The notes under the pieces are model-generated. The model did not search any database, had not been told where the DNA came from, and was given only the letters and a program-made list of their open reading frames with translations. From Microgenomates group bacterium (lineage in GTDB: Bacteria > Patescibacteriota > Microgenomatia > Daviesbacterales > UBA10151): 64,000 bases of DNA. The first letter of the stretch is position 1; each line of letters starts with the position of its first letter. The stretch lies in assembly GCA_041659805.1 (NCBI GenBank), contig JBAZXP010000001.1:384589-448588 (forward strand), written 5' to 3'. The translations under genes and the position numbers were made by a program. Shown piece by piece: positions 26,620-35,738 of the stretch.

Positions 26620-27132
26620 TTATTTCATCTCACTGGCGAGAACGTAATCTTCATTTTCAGTAGGAGGTTCCCAATTCTTTAAGTAATTGTCTAACATTTC
26701 TCTACTAATCTTAAAGGAGTCTTTCCCGAGATTATTGTTTCTTCCCATAACCCTCTCTCGTATCGCTTCGATTGGTGTATCAAGATAGTACATCACCAAT
26801 TTAGCACCAATTGCCTCTGTCCTTCTTCTCATTTCATCTCGTGTTTCTTTTTCCCAAAATCCCTCATCCATGATGACATCAATACCTTTCTCTGCGAGAT
26901 AAAATGCAACATCCCTTGATAAATCAATGATTTTACGATCCCACTGGGCATATCCTTCAATTGTAGGATCGTTTCCAATTAAACGAATTGACCATTCATC
27001 CTTCACGATTCTCACTGCACCAGTTTTTTCTTCTAGCTTCTTTGCAAAAGTAGTTTTACCAGCACCGATAAATCCACAAATTATATAAACGATAGGTTTT
27101 CTTTTCATAAAGGTATTGTACCAAAGATTCAT
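26620..27132 (-). CDS. P-loop kinase (AAA_33 / zeta-toxin-like fold)
   Basis: 170 aa; Walker A ICGFIGAGKTTFAKKL; start may be MKRKP at 27108. Confidence 0.6.
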   Translation of the reverse strand: MNLWYNTFMKRKPIVYIICGFIGAGKTTFAKKLEEKTGAVRIVKDEWSIRLIGNDPTIEGYAQWDRKIIDLSRDVAFYLAEKGIDVIMDEGFWEKETRDEMRRRTEAIGAKLVMYYLDTPIEAIRERVMGRNNNLGKDSFKISREMLDNYLKNWEPPTENEDYVLASEMK

Positions 27133-27364
27133 ATTTATTTTCCTTCTGAAAGTCGCTATTTTTAATATTTTATTCCTCTCTCTGTAAAATTTCTTTTCTC
27201 ATATAAAGGGGTTGCACCCCTCATTTTGCAAGGGTATATAAACGAGGTCGTTGCCTCGCCCTTGCAAAACTCACCCCGCTTAGCTTGCAGCATGTATCGG
27301 TAGCAGGCAGGCTGCTACCAGAAAAAATATTTTCTAGGAAAGGCCAGGAAGGAGGTGAAAATAT

Positions 27365-27772
27365 ATGAGTGCATTTTTAGTAGAGGATATAACAATTAAT
27401 AGAGTTGTTAACTGGATGATTCTGGAATTACCAAATAACTACTATCTTGCAGAAGAGTTAAAAAAGATGGGTTACACTGAAGGAGATCCGGAAAAATTGG
27501 CAAAAGATATGTTTCAGTTAAATATCGCATCTTTGAAGCAAAGATATGGCTCAGCAGAAGGATTTAGGGATTTCGATTTTACCTATAAGCTCACATATCC
27601 AGTGACCAAAATCCAAGTATTAAAATCCTTACAATGTTGGTTATATCAATGCTGCGAGGGTAATGTAGTAAGAAAAAAGTTTTATCGGCTCTTTGATGAA
27701 GTCGTAAAAGTTTGCTTAATGAAGAGCATAATTTATGACCTTCCAGAATACGACGAAGCCCGATGGGGTTAG
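27365..27772 (+). CDS. hypothetical protein
   Basis: 135 aa; GGAGGTGA SD 6 nt upstream. Confidence 0.4.
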   Translation: MSAFLVEDITINRVVNWMILELPNNYYLAEELKKMGYTEGDPEKLAKDMFQLNIASLKQRYGSAEGFRDFDFTYKLTYPVTKIQVLKSLQCWLYQCCEGNVVRKKFYRLFDEVVKVCLMKSIIYDLPEYDEARWG

Positions 27773-27779
27773 TTCAATA

Positions 27780-27817
27780 AACCTACCGTTTGTTGAAAAA
27801 CAGGCGGTAGGTTTTAC
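27780..27817. terminator. bidirectional intrinsic terminator between convergent genes
   Basis: ACCTACCGtttgttgaaaaacaggCGGTAGGTTTT; T-run on plus, A-run (T-run on minus) on the other side. Confidence 0.6.
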
Positions 27818-28620
27818 TCTGCCTCTTCCCAAATATCTGTGGTTACTCCTTGTTTCCTTACTTCATCTTCTAAAGCAAAACTAATATGTATATCTTCTAA
27901 ATCCTCATCGGCTAGTAATCTTTTAGTCATTCTCTTTGTGGAAATAAGTAACTCTTTTGTTTGGCAAATAAAAAGAATCCGTGGAGCTGATTTAAAATGT
28001 TCCATCCATTCATAATTTAATAAAAACGAAATATAATCTTTGACTCTTTTTAGGATCTGATACTTGGGAAGAGTTGTATTAAGTATCTCTAATAAATGAT
28101 AAGTTTTGGTTGTTTTCTTCTGCTTGGTAAATATGAGTTGAGTAGTAAGTTCACAAAGAAAATTATATGGAGAATCTGGACTTATATAGTCACTTGTCGT
28201 TACAAAATCATAGGATACACCATTCTTGCTTTGGTTCTTTAGATTAAGACACATATCGGCCAAGAATTGGCAATCTGCTATAAAAGCTTCTGACCTATTT
28301 TTCTCCTGGTAGATTTTTTGTAGTAGCTTTTTATCAAACCCCTCTTGGGCTTTTAGAAAATTGATACCATTTAGACTTAGGTAATAGATAGCGGGTATAG
28401 TATTTTTTCCAAATGTTTCACCATCGTAAATTCTTTTAAGATAGTCTTTTTGTGTTAGGTCTTTGAGCCAGAGGTTAATTGTTTTTTTGTCTTTATGATT
28501 GAGGAGTTTTTGGATTTGAATTCTATTGATGAATCTAAATTGATAGGTAAGTTTTATTGTTTCTTGTTGTTTGTTAGTTATTTTAGGTAGTGTCATTATT
28601 GTATATATTGCCAACCCCAC
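27814..28620 (-). CDS. replication-relaxation family protein (Replic_Relax, wHTH N-terminus)
   Basis: 268 aa; N-terminal LPKITNKQQETIKLTYQFRFINRIQIQKLL resembles the Replic_Relax wHTH; adjacent to coupling ATPase. Start probably MTLPK at ~28596. Confidence 0.55.
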   Translation of the reverse strand: MGLAIYTIMTLPKITNKQQETIKLTYQFRFINRIQIQKLLNHKDKKTINLWLKDLTQKDYLKRIYDGETFGKNTIPAIYYLSLNGINFLKAQEGFDKKLLQKIYQEKNRSEAFIADCQFLADMCLNLKNQSKNGVSYDFVTTSDYISPDSPYNFLCELTTQLIFTKQKKTTKTYHLLEILNTTLPKYQILKRVKDYISFLLNYEWMEHFKSAPRILFICQTKELLISTKRMTKRLLADEDLEDIHISFALEDEVRKQGVTTDIWEEAE

Positions 28621-28708
28621 CTACTCCGATATTTATAAAGGTAGGAGCAATAATAATTTAGAATTTAGGCTCAAAATGCAATATTTTTTGCCCTCGCTCT
28701 TGAGGGTA

Positions 28709-31588
28709 TTATATACCATGTGATTTAGCAGTTTTCTTAGCTGGCTTTTCTTTAGTTTCTCCTCCAAAAAGCTGCTTTAGCGTTTCTTCCACTTCAGCTT
28801 TTGGAGTACCATACTTTTTCCTCGTATTGGTAATAATTTCCTCTGCTGTTTTCTCACTGCCTTTAACATCTAGAGGTATTGTTTGTCCTGAAAATGCATC
28901 CTCACTATTGTCCGTTGAAACTTTCATATAGAAATGAAATGGTGGCAAGTTAACAATCTCGCCTTTTTCAACTTCTGGCTGCATAAAAGGTAAGATAAAC
29001 TGTTCGTCGTCTGGACTACCCTTTAAAGAAATAATTGTTCCAGCATTTCCAGCAATTATCTGAACCAATTTCAGGTCATCAATTTGAGCAATATTTTGAT
29101 GTGAAGGAATTAAAGAGATATGGAATTTTCTTCCTTCGCTCATAATCTCTGAAAACTGAGGAGTAGCAAAGTTTTGAAATTCATCAATATAGAGAAAGAA
29201 ATCACGTCTTTGTTTTTCTGGTATCTTTGTTCTTTGATAAGCTGCCATCCAAATGAGTGAAGTCACAAGAGTACCAAAGAAAGAACTTTGATCTTCTCCT
29301 AAATCACCTTTTGAAAGATTAATTAATAATATCTTTCCTTCATCCATAATCTGCTGGATACTGATAGTACTTTTTCCTTGTAACAAAATATGCCTGGACA
29401 TTTTGGTGGTAATAAAATGTCCTAACCGATGAGTTAACGGTGCAGTAACAGAAGATAATTGCATAGTTCCTAAAAGAGAAAATTCTTTTTGCCAAAACTG
29501 TTTTAAGACTGGGTCAGAAAGAGTTGAGGCAACTTGTTTCTGATATTTCTTTTCTGTTAATAACCGTTGCAAGGTAAAAAGGCTTGGGTTAGGGGTTTGT
29601 AATGCTGTAAGAATTGCATTTTGTAGAATATGCTCCATTCTTGGGCCCCAATATTCTTTTGCAGTTAATTTAGCAAATATTGCTATAACAGAACTCGTGA
29701 TCCATTCGTCTGCATCCTCTTTACTACTAAATGTAATGCCAGGAGACAAAATATTAAGTCCGAGAGGAAAGTCCCTGTCTGATGGATCAAAGTAAATAAC
29801 ATCTTTCCTTCGCTCTTTAGGTATAACTTGCAGAAGCTCTTTTACCATATCTCCATGTGGGTCAAGCACACAAAGACCTTTACCACTTGCCATATCCTGA
29901 TAGATAGCGTTTGTTAAAAGGGTTGTCTTACCCATACCAGTTTTACCAATAACATACATATGCTTTTGTCTTTGCGCCAAAGTTAAGCCAATCGGGCTTA
30001 CTTCTCCACCATACTCATTTGCACCGAGAATCACATCAAGGTTAGTGGTGCTTTTTTTCATAGATAAAGGAGATGGTAATTCTCGTGTTCTACTTTTTAC
30101 TAATCCTTCTGTCTTGGTAAGATCAGTGTAGGGGAAGTGGTAAATATCCGATATTTCGGACACGGAAAGAATTGGGTTTTGGTTAAATATAAAACTATTA
30201 GATAGTAACCTTCTTTTAAATTGATTTAGTCGTAGGTTCATAGTTAGTGATCTAGGAAGCAAACTACTCTTTGTAGTAATTAATTGATACGTGCTGTTCA
30301 TAGCGCCAAAAGAGGCAATTAGGCCGGATACTCTACTATCAAACTCTTCAGGTTCCTTTGTAATAACAAGCATCCTTATAGATGTTTCAAATAACGGTTG
30401 ATCTATTTTTTCTTTTACGATCTGTAATAACTCTTGTTCATAAGGGTTTAATAATTGCTGGTTAGCGGCTGCATTTTCTATTGCCTTTGAAGTCATTAAA
30501 AAAGGGATCACTTTGCTATTTGGATCCATAAAAGCTAAAAGCATGCTATATACAAACATCCATACAAACTTAACAACCGAAAATATTACTTTAAGGAAAA
30601 ATGTGATAACAAATACACCTGGTAAATCTGCAATCTTTTGCAAGATGTTTCCATTTAAGAGAGGAGTAAGTGGTTGTCTTTGATATATTATTTTTCTTAA
30701 CTCATTCATTTTATTAATTAGAGTTTTGTGAGTACCATTTAGAACTGGCGTAGTTATGATTTGAAATGAGATTAATTCATGATCGTTGAGTTTGGTCATA
30801 TTGCCAGTTAAATAAGAGATTGGATCATGTTCATCAAGCGTTTTTTGCCTAGAAAGTGGTAATGCAAAAGGTGCAGCAAGTTTAAACTCTACAACACCTT
30901 GGAACATTTCTCCTTCTGAATCTTCATTTAAATAATCATCTATTTCTTTAGTCTTTATTCCAGGCAAATAAGACAAAAGATTTCTTCTGATTGTATTAGC
31001 GTTTCTAGAAGAGGTAGAAAGAATATATCTGATGCCTTGGTCTTTAGTGGAAACAATTTCAAGACCAAAGATATTTTTTTGTCCTAATAATCGTTCTTTG
31101 AAATTATTTTGTTTGGCAAGTGTATGTAACAAGGTATAAAGCTGCTGGGTTGCGTAGGCTGATTTACTTGTATCTGAAGGGAAAGTTAATTCAAAAAAGG
31201 TTTTTGGTTGTACTGGTAAAAATCTTGCAAATATTAAAGGGAATATTACTTGTAAGAACGATATCGAAGCCTTTATAAGAAAATACAATAGCAGTAGGCT
31301 TAAAATAAGCCATAAAGGCCAAAACATAACAAAGATACTAGATAATAAGGGATGAGCATTAACAGAGTCACTTAGAGGAGAACTTGAGGCAGTAAGGGCA
31401 TAGTACATATCTAATCTTGATTGAACAGGAAACCATGATTCTGGTAAAGGAAATTTAAGAAGGACTAGCAGAACAATATCATTAAAAATAGGCATTTGGC
31501 CGTTCTGCACTTGATGAAGTAATTGTAACTGCTGAATTTCAGTTGCTGTTTTAGGAATAAATGATGGTATAGGACTACTCGTTTCCAT
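28709..31588 (-). CDS. TraG/TraD/VirD4-family type IV coupling protein-like ATPase (membrane-anchored)
   Basis: 959 aa; N-terminal TM helices; Walker A VIGKTGMGKTTLL followed by CVLDPHGD; Walker B-like LYIDEFQNF. Confidence 0.65.
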   Translation of the reverse strand: METSSPIPSFIPKTATEIQQLQLLHQVQNGQMPIFNDIVLLVLLKFPLPESWFPVQSRLDMYYALTASSSPLSDSVNAHPLLSSIFVMFWPLWLILSLLLLYFLIKASISFLQVIFPLIFARFLPVQPKTFFELTFPSDTSKSAYATQQLYTLLHTLAKQNNFKERLLGQKNIFGLEIVSTKDQGIRYILSTSSRNANTIRRNLLSYLPGIKTKEIDDYLNEDSEGEMFQGVVEFKLAAPFALPLSRQKTLDEHDPISYLTGNMTKLNDHELISFQIITTPVLNGTHKTLINKMNELRKIIYQRQPLTPLLNGNILQKIADLPGVFVITFFLKVIFSVVKFVWMFVYSMLLAFMDPNSKVIPFLMTSKAIENAAANQQLLNPYEQELLQIVKEKIDQPLFETSIRMLVITKEPEEFDSRVSGLIASFGAMNSTYQLITTKSSLLPRSLTMNLRLNQFKRRLLSNSFIFNQNPILSVSEISDIYHFPYTDLTKTEGLVKSRTRELPSPLSMKKSTTNLDVILGANEYGGEVSPIGLTLAQRQKHMYVIGKTGMGKTTLLTNAIYQDMASGKGLCVLDPHGDMVKELLQVIPKERRKDVIYFDPSDRDFPLGLNILSPGITFSSKEDADEWITSSVIAIFAKLTAKEYWGPRMEHILQNAILTALQTPNPSLFTLQRLLTEKKYQKQVASTLSDPVLKQFWQKEFSLLGTMQLSSVTAPLTHRLGHFITTKMSRHILLQGKSTISIQQIMDEGKILLINLSKGDLGEDQSSFFGTLVTSLIWMAAYQRTKIPEKQRRDFFLYIDEFQNFATPQFSEIMSEGRKFHISLIPSHQNIAQIDDLKLVQIIAGNAGTIISLKGSPDDEQFILPFMQPEVEKGEIVNLPPFHFYMKVSTDNSEDAFSGQTIPLDVKGSEKTAEEIITNTRKKYGTPKAEVEETLKQLFGGETKEKPAKKTAKSHGI

Positions 31589-31732
31589 AATATTTAGAGT
31601 ATAACTTTTGAGCAGTCTTCAGGACAAGTATATCATAAAGTTAGGCTCAGAACACCCTTTTTACCTCTTGACAACTGTAAATATATTTATATATACTGTA
31701 AATATAATTACAGTTGAGAATAAAAATTAAGT

Positions 31733-32062
31733 ATGGAAAAGAATGAGATACAAGTATTAAACAGTCCAATTATCTCAAATGAAGATGTGCTTAACTTACC
31801 TAATTTATCCTCCAACTCCCAATTTAATCCTCAAGGAACTTATGATCAAATAAATCAAATATTCATTGACCAAGACCAAAGAGAAAAGGCAATTTTAGAA
31901 GCAAGAGAAATTCTGGGAGATTCGGCCAAGGACTTAACAGATGAACAGGTTTTTGACTTAGTTAACGAAATGCAATATTTAGTAGACAGTTGGTTAGAAG
32001 AGTACGAGAGAAAAGTCTTTGACGGTAAAACATTAAATGAATTATTAAATCTTGAACCATGA
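31733..32062 (+). CDS. small acidic hypothetical protein immediately upstream of, and overlapping, the serine recombinase (candidate directionality/accessory factor)
   Basis: 109 aa; 4 nt overlap with recombinase start. Confidence 0.35.
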   Translation: MEKNEIQVLNSPIISNEDVLNLPNLSSNSQFNPQGTYDQINQIFIDQDQREKAILEAREILGDSAKDLTDEQVFDLVNEMQYLVDSWLEEYERKVFDGKTLNELLNLEP

Positions 32063-33675
32063 ACATACAAGATATTAAAATCAATCCACTTTTTAATACT
32101 ACTTTAGCATTACCTAAAAAAGCAGTTATTTATATAAGAGTGTCTTCAGAAGAACAAGTAGAAAATTTCTCATTAAAAACTCAGGAAGAAATTTGCAGGA
32201 GAGATGCAAAGTATAAAGGATATGAAGTAGCACAAGTTTTTAGAGAAGAGGGTAAATCTGCAAAAAATATTATAGGTAGACCAGAACTACTTAAGATGAT
32301 TGAATTTTGCAGAAAGAATAAAAAAGAGGTTAGAGGAGTATTTGTATATAGATTAGATAGAATATCAAGACAAACCTCGGATTATTTAGCTCTTAGAAAA
32401 AGATTCTATGACATGGGCATAGCCTTAATTTCAGCATCAGAACCTACAGGAAATTCACCTACGGAAAAGCTATTAGAGACAGTTTTAGCAAGTTTTGCTC
32501 AACATGATAACGATGTAAGGTCAGAAAGAACTAAAAATGGCATGCGGGCAAGATTTTTAATGGGTCTTGTGACAAACCATGTACCTTTGGGCTATATAAA
32601 TCAGTCAGGGCATGCAACGAAAGATCCTAAAACCTTTGACTTATATAAAAAAGCTTGGGATTTAATGACTACTGGAAATAAAAGTTTAAAAGAGATGCAA
32701 GTACTTATGCAAGAATGGGGTCTTCCTGTTGCTGGTCCGCAAACAGTTCACCATATGTTTAGAAACAAATTCTATATGGGCATATTAACCTCAAAAAGTT
32801 ATCCAGAAGAAGTAAGAGGCCAGCATACTCCAATGGTCACAAAAGAACAGTTCTACAAAGTACAAGCAATTTTGGACGGAAGAAACCTCAACCCCAATAA
32901 AATGCCTAAATATACTAGAGATAATCCAGATTTTCCTCTCAGAAGAATCATTTGTTGTGGTAAGTGTGGTACTCCCTTTACAGGGGGATGGAGCAAGTAT
33001 CATCAATTTGCCTATTACTTTTGTAGAAGGAGATGCATATACAAATCTATACCAGTTGGAGAACTACATAACGAATTATCAAAACTGCTAACAAAAGTCA
33101 GTCCTTCAGAACAAGGGATAGAGATGTACTGTAAATTGCTTCTAAAAACATACGGTCAGCAGTTTAAAAAGTTAAACAAGACAAAAAAAGCATCTGACGA
33201 GGAAATTAAAAAGCTACAAGCTTTAAGACAAACTTTAGTTGAGAAGAATCTGGCAGGAACCTATTCTGATGATATCTTCAAGGAACAAAACGCCATTATA
33301 GAGGAGAAACTAACAGCAGCTTTTGAGGCACAAAGTAACGAGTTAATTGATAAATATAATATTGATGCAATTACTAGCTTTATAGAAGATAAGCTCTCAA
33401 ATTTAGCACAAACATACTCAACATCAAGCCTAACTCAGCTTCGCTTCCTTCTCAGTACGATATTTCTGCCAGGATTCTCTTGGGGCTATCCAGGCATTTC
33501 GTACCAAGGGTTTAGCCCCGTATATCAAGCTATTCATGATGCTGGCGAACCAGACATCAAAGTCGGCTGCGGGACTTGGATTCGGACCAAGATAGACAAC
33601 TTCAGAGGCTGTCGTCCTACCATTAGACGATCCCGCATTACATTTACGGAATCCCGTAATGTTAACGTATTTTAG
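32059..33675 (+). CDS. large serine recombinase (resolvase catalytic domain + recombinase domain + zinc ribbon)
   Basis: AVIYIRVSSEEQ (catalytic Ser region), YRLDRISR, zinc ribbon CCGKCGTPFTG...CRRRC. ORF has no in-frame stop until 33675 and reads through the att repeat and tRNA-Gln, so its C-terminal ~35 codons are probably not genuine. Confidence 0.8.
   Translation: MNIQDIKINPLFNTTLALPKKAVIYIRVSSEEQVENFSLKTQEEICRRDAKYKGYEVAQVFREEGKSAKNIIGRPELLKMIEFCRKNKKEVRGVFVYRLDRISRQTSDYLALRKRFYDMGIALISASEPTGNSPTEKLLETVLASFAQHDNDVRSERTKNGMRARFLMGLVTNHVPLGYINQSGHATKDPKTFDLYKKAWDLMTTGNKSLKEMQVLMQEWGLPVAGPQTVHHMFRNKFYMGILTSKSYPEEVRGQHTPMVTKEQFYKVQAILDGRNLNPNKMPKYTRDNPDFPLRRIICCGKCGTPFTGGWSKYHQFAYYFCRRRCIYKSIPVGELHNELSKLLTKVSPSEQGIEMYCKLLLKTYGQQFKKLNKTKKASDEEIKKLQALRQTLVEKNLAGTYSDDIFKEQNAIIEEKLTAAFEAQSNELIDKYNIDAITSFIEDKLSNLAQTYSTSSLTQLRFLLSTIFLPGFSWGYPGISYQGFSPVYQAIHDAGEPDIKVGCGTWIRTKIDNFRGCRPTIRRSRITFTESRNVNVF
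33565..33580. repeat. attR-like direct repeat = 3' end of tRNA-Gln
   Basis: GCTGCGGGACTTGGAT identical to 16076-16091. Confidence 0.6.
33567..33637 (-). tRNA. tRNA-Gln (anticodon CUG)
   Basis: Manual fold of the minus strand: acceptor UGCGGGA/UCCCGCA, D-arm GUCU-AAUGGUA-GGAC, anticodon arm ACAGC-CUCUGAA-GUUGU, variable CUAU, T-arm CUUGG-UCCGAAU-CCAAG, discriminator G; CCA not encoded. Confidence 0.7.
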
Positions 33676-33701
33676 CATTTTAAGGTTGGAGATTAAAGTT
33701 T

Positions 33702-33965
33702 CTAATAAAGACTTCGTGGATATTTGGTTAAAAAATTGTTAGGATTTACTTCCCTTTCTTTGAAAGGCTCTGTTGATCTGGTTTTTCTTATTATCTCTTT
33801 TGGGCTATCTGGTCTGATTTTGTAGGATTTAGGATCCAAATAATCTGAGCTGCTAGTGGTTGGAGATGCTTCAATTTCTTTTTGAGTAAAGCCCGCGATA
33901 ATACCGAGGGAAATAACGATAAAACCAATTGTGCCAAGGCTTGCGAGTTTCTCACCCTCTTTCAT
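33702..33965 (-). CDS. small membrane-anchored hypothetical protein
   Basis: 87 aa, one TM helix. Confidence 0.35.
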   Translation of the reverse strand: MKEGEKLASLGTIGFIVISLGIIAGFTQKEIEASPTTSSSDYLDPKSYKIRPDSPKEIIRKTRSTEPFKEREVNPNNFLTKYPRSLY

Positions 33966-34009
33966 AACGTGATTATATGCTTAATATAAAATAGAGTAAA
34001 ATAGTAAAA

Positions 34010-34624
34010 ATGAAGATTAATACTTTGGTGGTGGGGAGTTTGAAGACAAATTGCTATTTGGTTACATCGGGTGGAGAGGTGGGGATTATTGATCCTGGGG
34101 ATGACGCTGATTATATAATTCGTGAAATCCAGAAAGAGAATTTCACTCCTGTCTGGATAGCCTTAACTCACGGACATTTTGATCATGTTTTAGCTGTTTC
34201 AGAGCTTTGTTTAGCTTTTAGTATTCCTTTTTATATGCACCCGGAAGATGAGTTTTTGCTGGATCGAGCTAAAGAAACTGCAGAACATTTTACAGGAGTT
34301 TATGCAGATCCTGTTTTAGTTAAATTTAAAGATTTAAAAGAAGGAATGAAATTAAAAGTAGGGAAAGAGGAATTGGTAGTAATTGAAACACCGGGGCATA
34401 CCCCGGGTGGAATCTGCCTTTATTCCAAATCTGAAAAAGCTCTATTTTGTGGTGATTTAATTTTTGACAGGGGTACAGTTGGCAGAACTGATTTTAAATA
34501 TGCGTCAGAGGAAAGTTTAGAAAAATCAATTAAAAAGGTAATGAAACTACCTAATGAAACAGTTGTTTACCCAGGACATAGCGATAAAACAACGGTTTTT
34601 TCCCACAAAAAAACCCGCACGTAG
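34010..34624 (+). CDS. MBL-fold metallo-hydrolase (glyoxalase II-like)
   Basis: THGHFDH (HxHxDH) motif, 204 aa. Confidence 0.75.
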   Translation: MKINTLVVGSLKTNCYLVTSGGEVGIIDPGDDADYIIREIQKENFTPVWIALTHGHFDHVLAVSELCLAFSIPFYMHPEDEFLLDRAKETAEHFTGVYADPVLVKFKDLKEGMKLKVGKEELVVIETPGHTPGGICLYSKSEKALFCGDLIFDRGTVGRTDFKYASEESLEKSIKKVMKLPNETVVYPGHSDKTTVFSHKKTRT

Positions 34625-34634
34625 CGGGTTTTCT
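34608..34634 (+). terminator. rho-independent terminator
   Basis: AAACCCGC-acgta-GCGGGTTTTCTT overlapping the stop of the MBL gene. Confidence 0.6.
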
Positions 34635-34715
34635 TGAAAAACCTATTAGTTAAAACAGGTAGAAAAAATATATCATCACTTGTGTAAATGGTCAACTGTG
34701 TCATAATATATCACT

Positions 34716-35279
34716 ATGAATATTAAACAAGATAAAAACCCATCTGAGATGCGGGACCGCCCATTAATCTTCCTGGATATTGAATCCACAGGCTTGGATA
34801 TTCAAAATCATGAGATTATTCAAATCGGGGCAATTAAAACAAGTAGCCAAAAACCTTTTAAAATGGTGGCTGAAATAAATTTAAAGGTAAAGCCTGAAAG
34901 AATTGAGGACGCGGATAAAGATGCTTTAAAACTAGTAGGCTACACTGAAGCTGGTTGGAAAGATGCAATAAGTTTGCAAGAAGCACTCACCATTTTGGAT
35001 GATTTTGCCAAAGGAGGAGTATTGGTTGGCTACAATGTTAATTTTGACTGGGCAATTTTATATAAAGCCTATCATGGTTTAGGCAGGATTGATCCTTTTT
35101 ACTATCATCGGGTGGATGTAATGTCGATGGCATATCTTACATTTTTTCCCAAAGAAGAAATAAAGCGTTTTTCTTTAGGGGAAATTTGCACTCATCTTAA
35201 AATAAACCGTGATGCAGCACATGACGCTTTGGATGACGCTAAAGTTACTTATCTTGTGTTCAAAAAATTAATGAAGTAA
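34716..35279 (+). CDS. DnaQ-like 3'-5' exonuclease (DEDDh family)
   Basis: IFLDIESTGLD exo I motif, later YNVNFDW and HDALDDA exo II/III; 187 aa. Confidence 0.7.
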   Translation: MNIKQDKNPSEMRDRPLIFLDIESTGLDIQNHEIIQIGAIKTSSQKPFKMVAEINLKVKPERIEDADKDALKLVGYTEAGWKDAISLQEALTILDDFAKGGVLVGYNVNFDWAILYKAYHGLGRIDPFYYHRVDVMSMAYLTFFPKEEIKRFSLGEICTHLKINRDAAHDALDDAKVTYLVFKKLMK

Positions 35280-35291
35280 GATATTTAAGTT

Positions 35292-35738
35292 ATGATTTAC
35301 TTAGCCTCTGATCATGGTGGATTCGAACTCAAAGAACAAATTAAAGATTGGTTAAAGGATAATAATTATCAATATGAAGATTTAGGGGCAAAAACTTTAG
35401 ATCCGGGTGATGATTATCCTGATTTTGTAATTCCACTTGCTCAAAAAATTTCAGCAGAGCCAGATAATTTCGGCATTATTCTTGGAAGATCAGGAAACGG
35501 GGAAGCGATTGTTGCCAATAAAGTAAAAGGTGTTAGAGCAGCACTTGCATTTAATGAAAAGATGGCTCAAATGGCAAGAGAACACAATGATGCAAATGTT
35601 TTATCAATTGGTGCAGATTACTTATCAGTAGAAGAGGTTGAAAAAATAGTAAAAACTTTTTTAGAGACTCCTTTTTCGGAAGTAGAACGCCATGTTAGAC
35701 GGTTAAAAAAAATTGAAGAATTAGAAAATGCAAACTAA
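35292..35738 (+). CDS. rpiB: ribose-5-phosphate isomerase B
   Basis: MIYLASDHGGFELK...GIILGRSGNGEAIVANK RpiB/LacAB signature. Confidence 0.8.
   Translation: MIYLASDHGGFELKEQIKDWLKDNNYQYEDLGAKTLDPGDDYPDFVIPLAQKISAEPDNFGIILGRSGNGEAIVANKVKGVRAALAFNEKMAQMAREHNDANVLSIGADYLSVEEVEKIVKTFLETPFSEVERHVRRLKKIEELENAN

Larger units (their letters stand above)
16076..33580. mobile_element. integrated ~17.5 kb mobile element (integrative/mobilizable-type) inserted at 3' end of tRNA-Gln, flanked by 16 bp direct repeats
   Basis: Exact 16-mer GCTGCGGGACTTGGAT at 16076-16091 and 33565-33580. The second copy is the 3' end of the tRNA-Gln gene. Interior encodes a large serine recombinase, TraG/VirD4-like ATPase, Replic_Relax, XRE regulators, a DNA MTase and nucleases. 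Confidence 0.6.
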
